Shown here: piece by piece, positions 35,314 to 47,100 of the stretch
Layout of the letters: each line of letters opens with the position of its first letter
How positions within the stretch are numbered: the first letter of the stretch is position 1
Origin: Lytechinus pictus
Taxonomy: Eukaryota
DNA: 64,000 nt
Assembly (NCBI RefSeq): GCF_037042905.1
Contig: NC_087246.1
Coordinates: 36,518,001 to 36,582,000, forward strand
Direction of reading: 5' to 3'
Translations under genes and position numbers: made by a program
The notes under the pieces: model-generated
Databases searched by the model: none
What the model was told of the DNA's origin: nothing
The model's input: the letters and a program-made list of their open reading frames with translations, nothing else

Positions 35314-38300
35314 TCATTCAACTTTTAATTTCTCTCTGTTAAAGCAACAAGCGATACATCGTTTAAAACATGAAACGAGAAGGAAGGCGATAACGAGCAA
35401 GATCCCGACAATGAAAGCGAGGACGTCGATGGAATGAAGCTGGATAAAGTTTAGCTCCAAGGCTCTGGTTCTCAGGTGTGACCCTCCAAATTTGAGGATG
35501 TGTTCTACCCAGTAGATCACAACATCATTTGGATTGGACTGAGTATCTCTGTAGATTCTAGAGATTCGTTGGACGTTTTCTTTGTAGCTGGAAATTAAAA
35601 CGTAAATACAGTATGCCGTAAATAATTATGATCTTCTCCCTCTATTATGATTATTTGCGAAGTAAACTAAATCGGCTAAAAAGAAATTGACCACTGATGA
35701 AACGCATGAATATGAGAAAATTGGCCTTCTTCTACCCCCCCCCCTCCCCTTACCGTATGATCCCATATGTTAATTCGCAGCAAAATGCAAGTATAGGAAG
35801 AATTTGCTATTCTCTGTCTCTTCCAACGTTTTATAAGTTAGAAATTGACAAAATCCAACTATTATCGGTTGATTTTAACTCCAAGACTTGAACCGAAAAA
35901 CCCTTCTCTTTCCATATTCGAAATATATAACTGATAGACAGATAGAACTATGTCATTGAGCAAAGCATCATTGACCTAGTTTCTACCATGGAGCTATCTG
36001 TGTTAATAGCTCAATGTTTCTACCATTCTCCAAAGAACAACATTGTATCTTCTGTTCACCCGAGAGCCGTCCTTGCTTCTCTTTCGTGTATTATGATTAT
36101 ATAACTCATGGGTAGACTCTGTTTACGAGCAAGACTTACGCAAAACAGAATAAAAGGTTTGTCCTCAGGTTGAGGTCAGCTATAGGTCGCACCATGGAAG
36201 CTCCTTGGTCGCACGCGACAGAGATCTTTCATCAATGCAGGTCGCACGCGACTGAGTGTCTGGCCCACCGTTACGTAATAGAAGGACAATCTCTGTTTAC
36301 AAGCGAATTAGAGTCTGACCTCAGCTGAACCATAGAGCTATAGCTCTATGGCTGAACGCAACGAGGACAAGCAGGTAATCGGGATGAAAACAAGATCGTG
36401 AACTATGCCAAGGGCTATGCGATTTCAATTTTCTGACACACCCGAGACGGCTTAGCTTTGCTCGCCATGATTTAGGCCTACACTGAATATCCAGGTAGGA
36501 AAGTACAAAGAGACAAAATCTTAATTCGTGAAAATATGATGGTGTCCAATCCAGTAAAAAATACATCAAAAAAAAAAAAAAAAAAAATCGGTCGGACACT
36601 AAAGCTGTTATTATTTTGACCAATCCTCTTTTTTTAAAGAATGAATCATAAGCCAGTGACGGATCTAGGGGGGGGGGTTAGGAGTTTAAACCCCCACCTC
36701 GGGCTCTCTAAAAATGATTTAAAAAAAGGAGTGTGTGATTAAACTCCAACACCCTTCCTTGTTTACGAGAGTCGCGCAAGCAGAACAGTGGTGGGTCTAC
36801 GGTGGGGGGGGGGGGGGGTTAGGAGGCTGGCATAACGTTGCAGCTCATCGTTGGGTCAAACCAACTTGTCAACCCCCTCTACTAGAAGCTATAGATCCGC
36901 CACCGTAAACCTTTCGTGATTGTACCATATCCCCGGCGCCATCGGATGCATTGTTATCATTGGTGAGCTCTGAGTATTCTAGTGGTGCTCGGTACCTCTT
37001 TCCGAAAAATTATCATTCCATAGGAGTCGAAATAAAGTTCATATCATAAAATATCATTATCAGGCAGGTGTTTCATAAATCTGTTGGTAAAGTTACGCAC
37101 GACTTTACGAACGACTGTGGAACATGTTTTAAGTTCAGGTCAGATGCATAGTCAAATATATAGGGATATATCATTCAGCACAAAAAGGGGTCATGCGTAA
37201 AGTCACTGTAACTTGCGAACAGGTCTAAAGTTTATGGAACACACACCTGGTACGCACTTAACATCGGTGACACGACATTTGCTCTGGCGACCATTACTTT
37301 AAGCTTTATTTCGTCTAAGATGTGGGGTTAGAGCAATAGGATTTTATGTTAGGTTATTGTTAAATCCAGGGTTAAAGTTGGTCATTCCATTAATGTGTGG
37401 AATTTGCAGCGGAGCGATTGTCGCCGGGGCAAATGTCATGGAGAATGGCAAATATTGACTGACATTTTACAGAAGTAAAGGGAGGTCCAGCGGGATTTGA
37501 AATCCGGACCTACCAACCTACCTTGGATTTGAAAGCACCTCCGTCACCACAGTGTTGACTGTCTCGTAAGAGATCGCATCCTTCTGAAGCCGTTTCCCTA
37601 TTCCTCTGACGACTACCTTGACAGCATTAGATTCTTGTTCAGCAAAGATTGGCATGATTACCATGGGAACAGCGTGATAAATGGCCTCCAAGATTCCTTT
37701 AGCGCCACCATGGTATACCAACAGTCTGGCTTTTGGGTGACCTAGAATTCATGACAATATCACAAGATATCTGTTTTATTTTGATCTTTGATTATGATCG
37801 GGCTATTGGGTGACCTAGAATTCCTGATATTGCAAGATATCTGACTGCTTGACATTTGATTTAATATGGTATTTGAATTTCCATATTATATCATCAATGC
37901 TTGATATTTTGATATCTTATTCAGTATCTATTATTTTGATAACAATTATTTAATGCCTGGGCATTTTCACAGTAACTGACGTTAAATGGCTCAATTTTAC
38001 ACAATTTTCATTGTGTGTATGATTATCTCTAAAACAACAAATGATGGGAGTTTGCTTATCTCTAAAACAACAGATGGGAGTTTGCTTGATTATCTCTAAA
38101 ACAACAAATGATGGGAGTTTGCTTAAAAGAAAACTCCCATCATTTGTTGTTTTAGAGATAATCATACACACAATGAAAAGTGTGTAAAATTGTGCTGTGT
38201 AACGTCAGTTACCGCGAAAATGCCCACCCGAGTAATGAGCTGGGGCTGAATACTGTAGCACATGCCAACCAACTTACACGAGTTGGATAAACGAGAATAT

Positions 38301-41300
38301 GGGACTAATGATGGAAAAAACAATTATTACCAACAAGGTCATTTTGCGGCATCCAGTCGACCAACATTGTGTTGTTACCAAGGTTATGAGGGCGTGGTCC
38401 GGTATAACGCCAGATGACTTTCTGTGGAAGCTCGCTGAAGACTCTCGCGAAGGCTTCGGTCATTTCTGGGTTAGGAAGCTCAGTAAAATGAGTACCCTAA
38501 CGGAAGATTGACAGAACAAAACAAAGCATGTATTCAATCTTAATTTCCAAAGTTTTGAAGGATATTGTAATTATGTACACTGGCATACATACAATATATG
38601 AATGATTTGGTTAGTAAGAATGTTAATGAATTCGTGTAGGAAATGATGAACGATATCGTGAAAGCAAATTAGCTTTTCAATAATAAATTACAATAATAAT
38701 GATAATGATGATGATGATAATGATAATAAATGTGACTTATAAATCCACTCTGTAGAGTGCTCAAGGCGCATACATAAATTAAGAAGTAAAAAGAAAGGTT
38801 TTAAGAACATTTTTTAAAGACTCAACAGATTTTTTTAAATCTTTTCCCCAAAATTTTTGAAACTTTTGGAACCACGAACAAACAAGATGTTGAAGAGTGT
38901 AGAGAACTAGTTGGTGTGTAATAATACTCACTAAAGAGAACAAAATAAATCCATGTTCACCGGATCCCTGAACGAAGATTTCGAAATCCTTAAGAAAATG
39001 ATGAAAGAGAAGAGGATTAATCATCAAAATGATAAAAAATTCTTCACGATTATCTCCAAAAATAGGAATAGACGATAGTTTAATTACATTAAAATATTTA
39101 TTTCATTAACCATATAACCATTTCATAACCACAAAAAAAGCCAGCAAGCATATTATCTTTTTTTAAATCCATTATTTGTGACTTGGCACCATCACAATGG
39201 CTACCCTCTCTTATTAGTAAATACAAACTGTTTTTACTTTTATAAAACTGACTTATTTCCACTTTGAGTCAACTTAGTCGATAGACAAAGCTCCTGAAAC
39301 TTTTATCATCAAGAGTGGGTCTTCACATAAGTCAAATAAAAGTCTTGGCCCGACAAGACGTAAATATTATATTATTGAAAGCACGACGTCTCTAAAACAA
39401 CAACTGCTGTTTCCATTTCTGAATGAGGGATCTCCTGCACAATGGTACACAGGTTATTGGCGGGTAATTTTGGCTGCATATTCAGACCACTTCCATCGAG
39501 TGAAGGGTTTGCAAAGCAAGCTGATCAACACAGAATAGCTGATTTGTAGTATCACGTAAGAATATATATATATATGATCAAGGCCATTTGCCAAATGTAG
39601 AACACTTTCCCGACAAAAGTTTTCTCTGATAGTTTCCTTTTTTCACGATTTACCAGGTCATGAAATTTGCAAATCTCTGACATGGACAGTCAGAGGGTTC
39701 CATGACATTTGCTCCGGCGACAATTAGTCAGAGACCAATGCTTCCCAGACAATCAAGATTTCACTTATACCATAGATCCTAGGATCCATGGTAGGATCCA
39801 TGCCTATACTTTTAGAATTGACATTTAAAGGGATGGTCTGGGCTGAAAGTATTTATAGCTTAATAAATAGAGTAGAATTCACTGAGCAAAATGCCAAAAT
39901 TTTCATCAAAATCGGATAACAAATAACAAAGTTATTGAATTTTAAAGTTTAGCAATATTATGTGAAAACAGTCGTCATGAATATTCATTAGGTGGGCTGA
40001 TAATGTCACATCCCCACTTGTTCTTTTGTATTTTATTATATGAAATTAGGTTTATCCAATTTTTTTCCTCCAAGAACTAGACAAATTGGATTGACAACTG
40101 ATTTAGTGCATTAGATATTTATTGCTGCAACTTATTTCATTATAAGGGAGACATAATTATTCACACAAGACTATGAAATAATGAAAAAAATATGATTTTA
40201 TTTAATAACATAAGAAAACGGAAAGTGGGGATGTGACATCATCAGCCTACCTAATTAATATTCATGATGACTGTTTTCACATAATATTGCTAAACTTTAA
40301 ACTTCAATAACTTTATTATTTGTTATCCGATTTTGATGAAATTTTCGGCATTTTGCTCTGTGAATTCTACTTTATGTATTAAGATATACTTATTTTCAGC
40401 CCGGACCATCCCTTTAATCAGTGGTTACAACTTTATGAAACAACCTCAGTTTTTATTATATTTTCAAAAAATCCAGATTAGTCGGACATCAATTACCTTT
40501 TCGAGTGGCTCTGCGGGAGTATCCCCAGTATTCCCGACGGCCACCCAATTAGGGGCAGTGGGATGGGGAAAATCGAAAGCAAAGTTCGTCATGCACAGCC
40601 ATAACTCTGCCCGACCTAGAAGATCAGGAATGCTTTTCCCTGGAGCGATATTGTGCTTTATTTTGACCGTGTCCAAAGCTCTGAAATGGGTCCACCCTAT
40701 GATGTTGATAAAAACGTGATGTTCAATAAAACTTAAAATGCGTTCTCCGAAAGACATCCTATCTGGCAGAGGGAAATTACCAAATGGTACGTACGACGGT
40801 GGCATGGGGATACCATACACGCGTTCGTTGAATAATGGATATCTCTCAGCAGTTGTAACGGCAATGTAGGGCAATCCAAGGTAACTACTAAGCAGCACGT
40901 CACAACTGTCAAAGGCATCACCGATGAGGATGTCAAAGCTTGATTCCTTGAGCAGAGCAAGTGTACGTGAGTCGTCAAAGAGACACTCACAACCATGTCG
41001 TATCACGGTAAAAACCCACCTTAACACCTTAATTTGCTTTGTCCCACTCGACTCAAAAGCAAGATCAATGAACTCCTTTTCAAGTTCCTCCTTCGGTGGC
41101 AGTTCTTGAGGATACTCGAATTTGTATTGGATGGACCGGCTGTAGGTGTCATCCGAAAACCCGTTTGTTCCTTCGGAAGAACTTGTGATGATGGTGACAT
41201 TGTGGCCGCGTCTGGTTAGGGTTCCTGCTATGTCTGATAAACCTCTGGCATGGCTACTCGGTACAGGTACAAGTAATGATACGACAATGTTAGCACCCTT

Positions 41301-41360
41301 CACTATGTATACGACATGGATGGTGAATACTGTGACCGTTAAACTGATCCAGATCTTCAT
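35314..41360 (-). CDS. UDP-glycosyltransferase (UGT-D), 5 coding exons, about 526 aa
   Basis: Exons 41360-40497 (864), 38988-38932 (57), 38496-38331 (166), 37741-37522 (220) and 35587-35314 (274), GT-AG, 1581 nt in frame. Signature [28 protein letters not shown]...FAEQ; tail KLKVE*. Confidence 0.95.
37959..38225. repeat. Foldback/MITE with about 95-bp inverted arms and an internal tandem triplication
   Basis: GGGCATTTTC...GGGAGTTT versus AAACTCCC...GAAAATGCCC; TATCTCTAAAACAACA..ATGGGAGTTTGCTT occurs three times. Confidence 0.75.
39829..40413. mobile_element. Kolobok-type MITE
   Basis: AGGGATGGTC(T)GGGCTGAAA/TTTCAGCCCGGACCATCCCT termini; TTAA TSD. Confidence 0.85.
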
Positions 41361-42151
41361 TGTGACTTCCTCGGCGTTACGGCGCCAGTTGAAGTAATCC
41401 TACTTCTCGATCAAGTGTCAAGTCTATTCAAGTAGTAGCACTCAGTGAATGTTTATTAGCATGATTAGGGAATGAGGGTCCATTAACTCGTTAAGACGCG
41501 ACATTTCACTGAGGGGGTAACCGTGAACTTCCTTTATTCGAAATGCACATCCTCGAAGGAGTTTTATATTCACAATTGCAGCCACAATAGCTCATTCACA
41601 GTGTTTATATCGTTGGAATGAATTCAAACCATCCTGATGGGTTTTGCCGATGATTAACAGCTAGGACCCCAGAATTATATTACACCATCGCAATTATGGC
41701 GTTTTAGGGCAGAAACAACAGAAACATTATCACTGCATTGTCATTCCCTCGATCTATCGGAGTTCCAAGACTATAGAGGACCCTTGTCACTCGGGATTGA
41801 CTGACATTGCAGACTGACTGACATTGACATCACATTGCATATACGAGATACTATACGGATCAATATCTTCTGGTACTTGTACTGGAATCTCATGTAGGTA
41901 TTCAAAGTGAATATAAAAAATAGGAACTGACAGCATGTGATATTTAAGTAACGCCAAAAAAGAGAACCCAACCATATCTTTGTCAGTCGTGTGTGTCAAT
42001 GGTTCCTTTATAGACACAATGAATAGACCATAAAGATCATGACTTTCCCCGGACTTCCCCTATTTTATAATGTTTATTGAGGCTGAACAGACAATGTGAA
42101 TAGTACAGTAAGAATGGTGGTTATCGCCGCATGCGCATGCAGCGGGCATGT

Positions 42152-42344
42152 ACAAAAAATGACCTACAAATAGATATACTGTTGTTGACTATAATAGTCT
42201 GCAAACACAGACTCAAATTTGCCAGTGGACACATTAAACCCTCTAGACTCTAGAGGGTTTAATGTGTCCACTGGCAAATTTGAGTCTGTGTTTGCAGACT
42301 ATTATAGTCAACAACAGTATATCTATTTGTAGGTCATTTTTTGT
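42152..42344. repeat. Perfect palindrome, 96-bp arms with a 1-nt spacer
   Basis: 42152-42247 is the exact reverse complement of 42249-42344. Confidence 0.92.
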
Positions 42345-43776
42345 CTAGAGCAAAGACTAGGCTCCAAACTCAGCCACAAAATAAGAGTGAATCTATTGTC
42401 CACTATGCGAAAACCAATGGTCTATATGTCTGCAGATTAGTTGTTTACGATAGTTGTGAATACTGTAGAGAATTTCCAATTAAATGAGTTTGATTTATTT
42501 CATAGTTTTGAGTAGAAATACAAAAAAACTTGAATCCTCATCCCGGTGGTAAGTACATGAAATTGGCAATGTTGAATATTCATCACGAATGTTTAGAAGA
42601 TCACAACAAGCCAAATTAATACAACTGAAGAACATAATTTAGTTACAGTCGGAATAAGCTCTGACCCACTCCTTTCTTTTTGCCTTTTCGGGGCCTCTAT
42701 ATAATATTCGGGGGCTTTTGTTCCCGGGGAATCCTTACATGTGTATGTTTTTTTTTATGTTTGATTTTTTCAAATGACGGTTTGTTGTTATTTTGTCTAC
42801 CTTCCTTCTTTTATTCATTCTGTTTTTATCTTAAAGCATTCGAACTATGTAAATTCCGTTGATTTACTTTAATTGAATATATACCCCCGGGTATATACTA
42901 AAGCAACCAATGTAGGGAAATGCAGAAGTTGCGATTCCGATTCAGATCGAAATTCGAGACTCGTGCCCTTTGCCACGTCCGGGAGCGGATGGCAATATTT
43001 TTAACGTACCCTGGTAGGGGGCATAAGGTTAAATGTTCAGAGTCGGTGCTACAGGGGGAGAGGCAAGCGTCTTCCCATTGATTTCCAAGAAGTACGTGAA
43101 ACGAAAATTGGCATAAATTTGGTGAGCGAAGAAAGAAGAGTACCATTATTAAAGTGTATAGTGACCGTGATTAAATTGGGAAAAATTTGCGTCATCTTTA
43201 TGTCACCCCCCCCCCCCGTACATGTAGGTATCATATAAAACTCTGGCGCCGCCTCTCAAAATTGTCAAGATCATGATACGAGAAAGAATAACCGAGGACC
43301 AGGCCAGATAACATGAATATGAATTTGCCACCAAATGGTTGATACCATGGTTACAAGGCTCAACAGCCAATCAGACAAGGATTTCATAGAAGTTAACATT
43401 GGATGGAAAAGTTACCATTATAGCAGCTTTTAGTCCCAGGTAATTTTTCATAAACTCGGGGTAGACAAAAAATAAAAAGGCCGCCAAATAAGGACGATTT
43501 TCACCAAGTTTATAATAGGGGTCGTGGATTATCCAGCAAAATGAAATAATTAAAATAATGCGTGAGCAAAAAATATGCTTATATAGTGCTGTAATTACAA
43601 TATTTTTAAACCAAGAAACTATGACATTTCCATCACCAATGGGCGTTTCATTAAGATGTTCGTAAATGATTGTATGCACGACATTACGCACGACTGGAAC
43701 ATGTTCTTAGGTGCTATCATAGGTATAGCATTTAGTAGAAGGCAGTGTCACCAGTCGTGCGTATACTCATTCGTAA

Positions 43777-44470
43777 AGGTCAAGTCCATCCCAGAAAAAT
43801 GTTGATTTGAATCAATAGAGAAAAATCTAACAAGCATAACGCTATACATTTCATCAAAATCGGATGTAAAATAAGAAAGTTATGACATTTTAAAGTTTCG
43901 CTTATTTTTCTCAAAACAGTTATATGCACAACTCAGTAATATGCAAATGAGAGAGTCGATGATGTCCATCACTCACTATTTCTTTTGTTTTTTATTGTTT
44001 GAATTATACAATATTTCAATTTTTACAGAATTTACAATAATGTAAAACTTGACTGAACCACAAAATGTTAAACAATGTTATTTCCACATGTTCAGGGAGA
44101 AATAAAACTTTGTTTCATAGGACAATGAGGAGAAAATTATATATTTCATAATAAAATACAAAAGAAATAGTAAATGATTGATGTAATAATCTTGAATATA
44201 ATTTTTGTACATGGATGCTTGAAATATGTTTTTTTATTTATATGTCAAAATGTACAAAACAAACTGTATTTGTTGAAAATGGAAATAAACGAAATGAAAT
44301 GTCATCAGTTCCCTCATTTTGCATGCCGATCGGGATGTGCATATGACTATTTTGTGAAATAAAGCAAAACTTTAATAAAATGTCATAACTTTCTTATTTT
44401 ACATCCGATTTTGATGAAATAATTAGTGACATGCTTGTGGGATTTCAGTTCTCTTTTCATTCAAATCAAT
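43777..44470. mobile_element. Kolobok-type MITE (family of 26129-26724)
   Basis: AGGTCAAGTCCATCCCAGAAAAATGTTGATTTGAAT start; TTTCATCAAAATCGGATGTAAAATAAGAAAGTTATG and its reverse complement. Confidence 0.75.
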
Positions 44471-45283
44471 GGCAGGCAAGTCCGCAAGACAGTTTATCAA
44501 ACATTTTGTGTGTGTGTTTTTTTTTTTTTTTGGGGGGGGGGGATAGAGTATGATGAAAAACCCCACTACCAAAATTCAGTGAGAATCGGTCCACTCTAAA
44601 TTTCAACCAACATTCGGCATTTTTATTTATCCAGTGTGATGAAAATTTTGCCCATTGTAAAGTTATTGCTGCTTAATTTTTAACCTTACTGGACAACAAG
44701 CTTCCTGCATTGGGTAAAATACTGCCCAAATTGGTTGGACACATATACCCTCGTGCTGGTTAAAATTTTACCCACTATTTTTTACAGTGCATCCACGGCC
44801 GATTTGGATTTATTTTAAATCTTTGTAATTTAGAGTGATCCATGGGGGCTAATGCTATAGGTCACACGGCCACAAATATACGTATGCATGGTATAAGCAT
44901 CCACAGAATATACGTTATCCATATATATCACATTTCCGAATAATAGCTGTCATCTTTAAACCAAGCACTTTCTTTAAAAATGTTTCATATTGCAGATACT
45001 ACCGAAACAGATATTCATTGTAACTTTCTTGGTTATTGTTCTGTCATAATAGGACGGTGTCGAATTGAAAAAAAATGTTTTGCAAAAACCCTTAAAAAAA
45101 TGTTCATTACTAAGAAGAAACTAGCATGAACAAGGTAAAGGATGTCAACTTAGTTATAAAATATGTGTTGAGAAAAGGATGAAAGCTCCTATTTCACACA
45201 AAAAATGGAGGGACATTGTTTCAAAACCAATTGTTACTTGGGAGAAATTTATATGATTCCTTTTAAATGTTCTTTATCAAGAA

Positions 45284-45404
45284 CAGTGGCGGACCGTGAC
45301 CCGGAGGAGACAAGGCATTGGAGGGGCACAACATTGTTCACAAACAATACAATGCCCCTCCAGTCATTGTCTCCTCCGGGTGACCGGGTCATGGTCCGCC
45401 ACTG
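45284..45404. mobile_element. hAT-type MITE (121 bp)
   Basis: TIR CAGTGGCGGACC/GGTCCGCCACTG; perfect 8-bp TSD ATCAAGAA. Confidence 0.88.
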
Positions 45405-46492
45405 ATCAAGAATATTTAGAAAATTCTTCATAACATCTTTGGTGTTAACAAGTATCTGAAAACTGTTGGTATATTAAATTCTGATTTGTGTTTCTTTTGT
45501 TGAAAACAGTCTGAAACTATTGCCCATTTATTTTGGGAATACCCATTCACTCGTCGATTTTTAGATGATTTTGAAAAATTCACTCTCAAAAGTGAAATAA
45601 TATATATAAAATAATTTTTTAGTGATTTTGTATTTGGTATACCAGGTGGAAACTATTTTTCGTTTAGTTTTGATATTTTACATGATAAATATGATATATT
45701 TTAAATGGTTATTTATCGTTTTCATCAATTCAAAGAAATTAAGATATCAGCATAAGATAGAACGCGTTGTGAACACGCAAAAAATGAGTTTATTGTTCGT
45801 CTTAATGGGCCGAGGCACATCGAGCTTAATTATTATTTTTTCTTTACTTCTTTTGCTATACATGTATAATATCGTTTGTAATACTGTATATTATATGCAC
45901 TTTGCATTTGATTAATATGATTTGTGGAGAAATATTGAATAAGGACTTTCTTTGAAGAAAAAAAACCAATCTGCATGCATATCTGCAAACAGTCTGTATA
46001 TCTTCAAGCAGTCTTTAAATATATCAAAGCACATTATGGTAAACATTTATAAAACAAAGTGCTCTAGCTCTCAGACTTGAAGAAATGCGACCGGAGCAAG
46101 TTCTGATTCACGTGGGTTTATATGCGGATGAAGTGGCGTAACAGGCGGGGGGCAGGGTGGGGGCAAGCTGTCCCCCTAGCTGGCGGACTTTACCGGGAAA
46201 GTATTTTTTTTTAACGGGAAAAGAGAAAAGGGAGGGAGAAAAAGGGGGATGAAAATAAAATTTTTGCTCGCTCGCTCTTAATAAAAATAAAAAAAGACAA
46301 ATTCTGCCCGATATGTAATATCTGGCCCCCTCAAGAAAATTTTCGTCTCATTACACCATTAGTATACGCCTGTTATAAAAGTTTATCATAAAAAACAAAG
46401 AAACATAAGAAAAAAAATAATACAACATAAGCATAACGAGGTATTCAAAACAAAAAACAAAACTGTTATATGACCGGGAAATTTTTGGCTCT

Positions 46493-46526
<34 letters not shown>

Positions 46527-46544
46527 TGGTCACCGACGCGACCC

Positions 46545-47100
46545 CTGTTACGCAGTTACGCCGCGCGCGCTCATGACTGTTTTGGAATCTAGGAGCGAAA
46601 AAGGAAAAAGCCGAGGCTGGTGATCGCGGCCAAGGTTGATTAGTTTATATTGTCTTATTTTAAATTCATTGCACCAGCGCCCATGAACTGAAATACTGTG
46701 CCCCGAGTACCGGTAATTGTCATGAAGGAATACATCATCTAGCAACTGAAAAGGTGGGAACTGCCCGATAAAATTGAGGAAGATGTGCTCAATTTGACGA
46801 ACGAGAACTTGGACGGACCCCGGCTTGCGGTCGATCCCTGGGCCGCAGCAGACCCGGGAGAAAGGCTGACACATATGGGGGTCGGCTGCTCATTTGCCGC
46901 TGGAACTGTTCGACAAAAATCATTGTTGGATGATGAACAAGTTACGCGCTGGAGAGGACATGAACTGTACAGAAGTAAGTTCTACAATTTTTAGTTCTAC
47001 CTCCATCCACCATTTCCACTGCCGTACAGTTGGGGGGGGGGGGGGTTTGGGCCATCCGGCCATCGTCGGGCATGGCCACCAAAACTTAACTCAAATTGTT
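46545..47100 (+). promoter_or_regulatory. GC/CpG-enriched region, probable promoter and first exon of the nucleotidase gene
   Basis: Locally high GC and CpG against an AT-rich background; strong donor GAA|GTAAGT at 46974. Confidence 0.45.

Noticed and set aside
9905-41360. UGT1A-style locus with multiple first exons and shared common exons
   Set aside because: Each large first exon has its own complete downstream exon set and stop codon.
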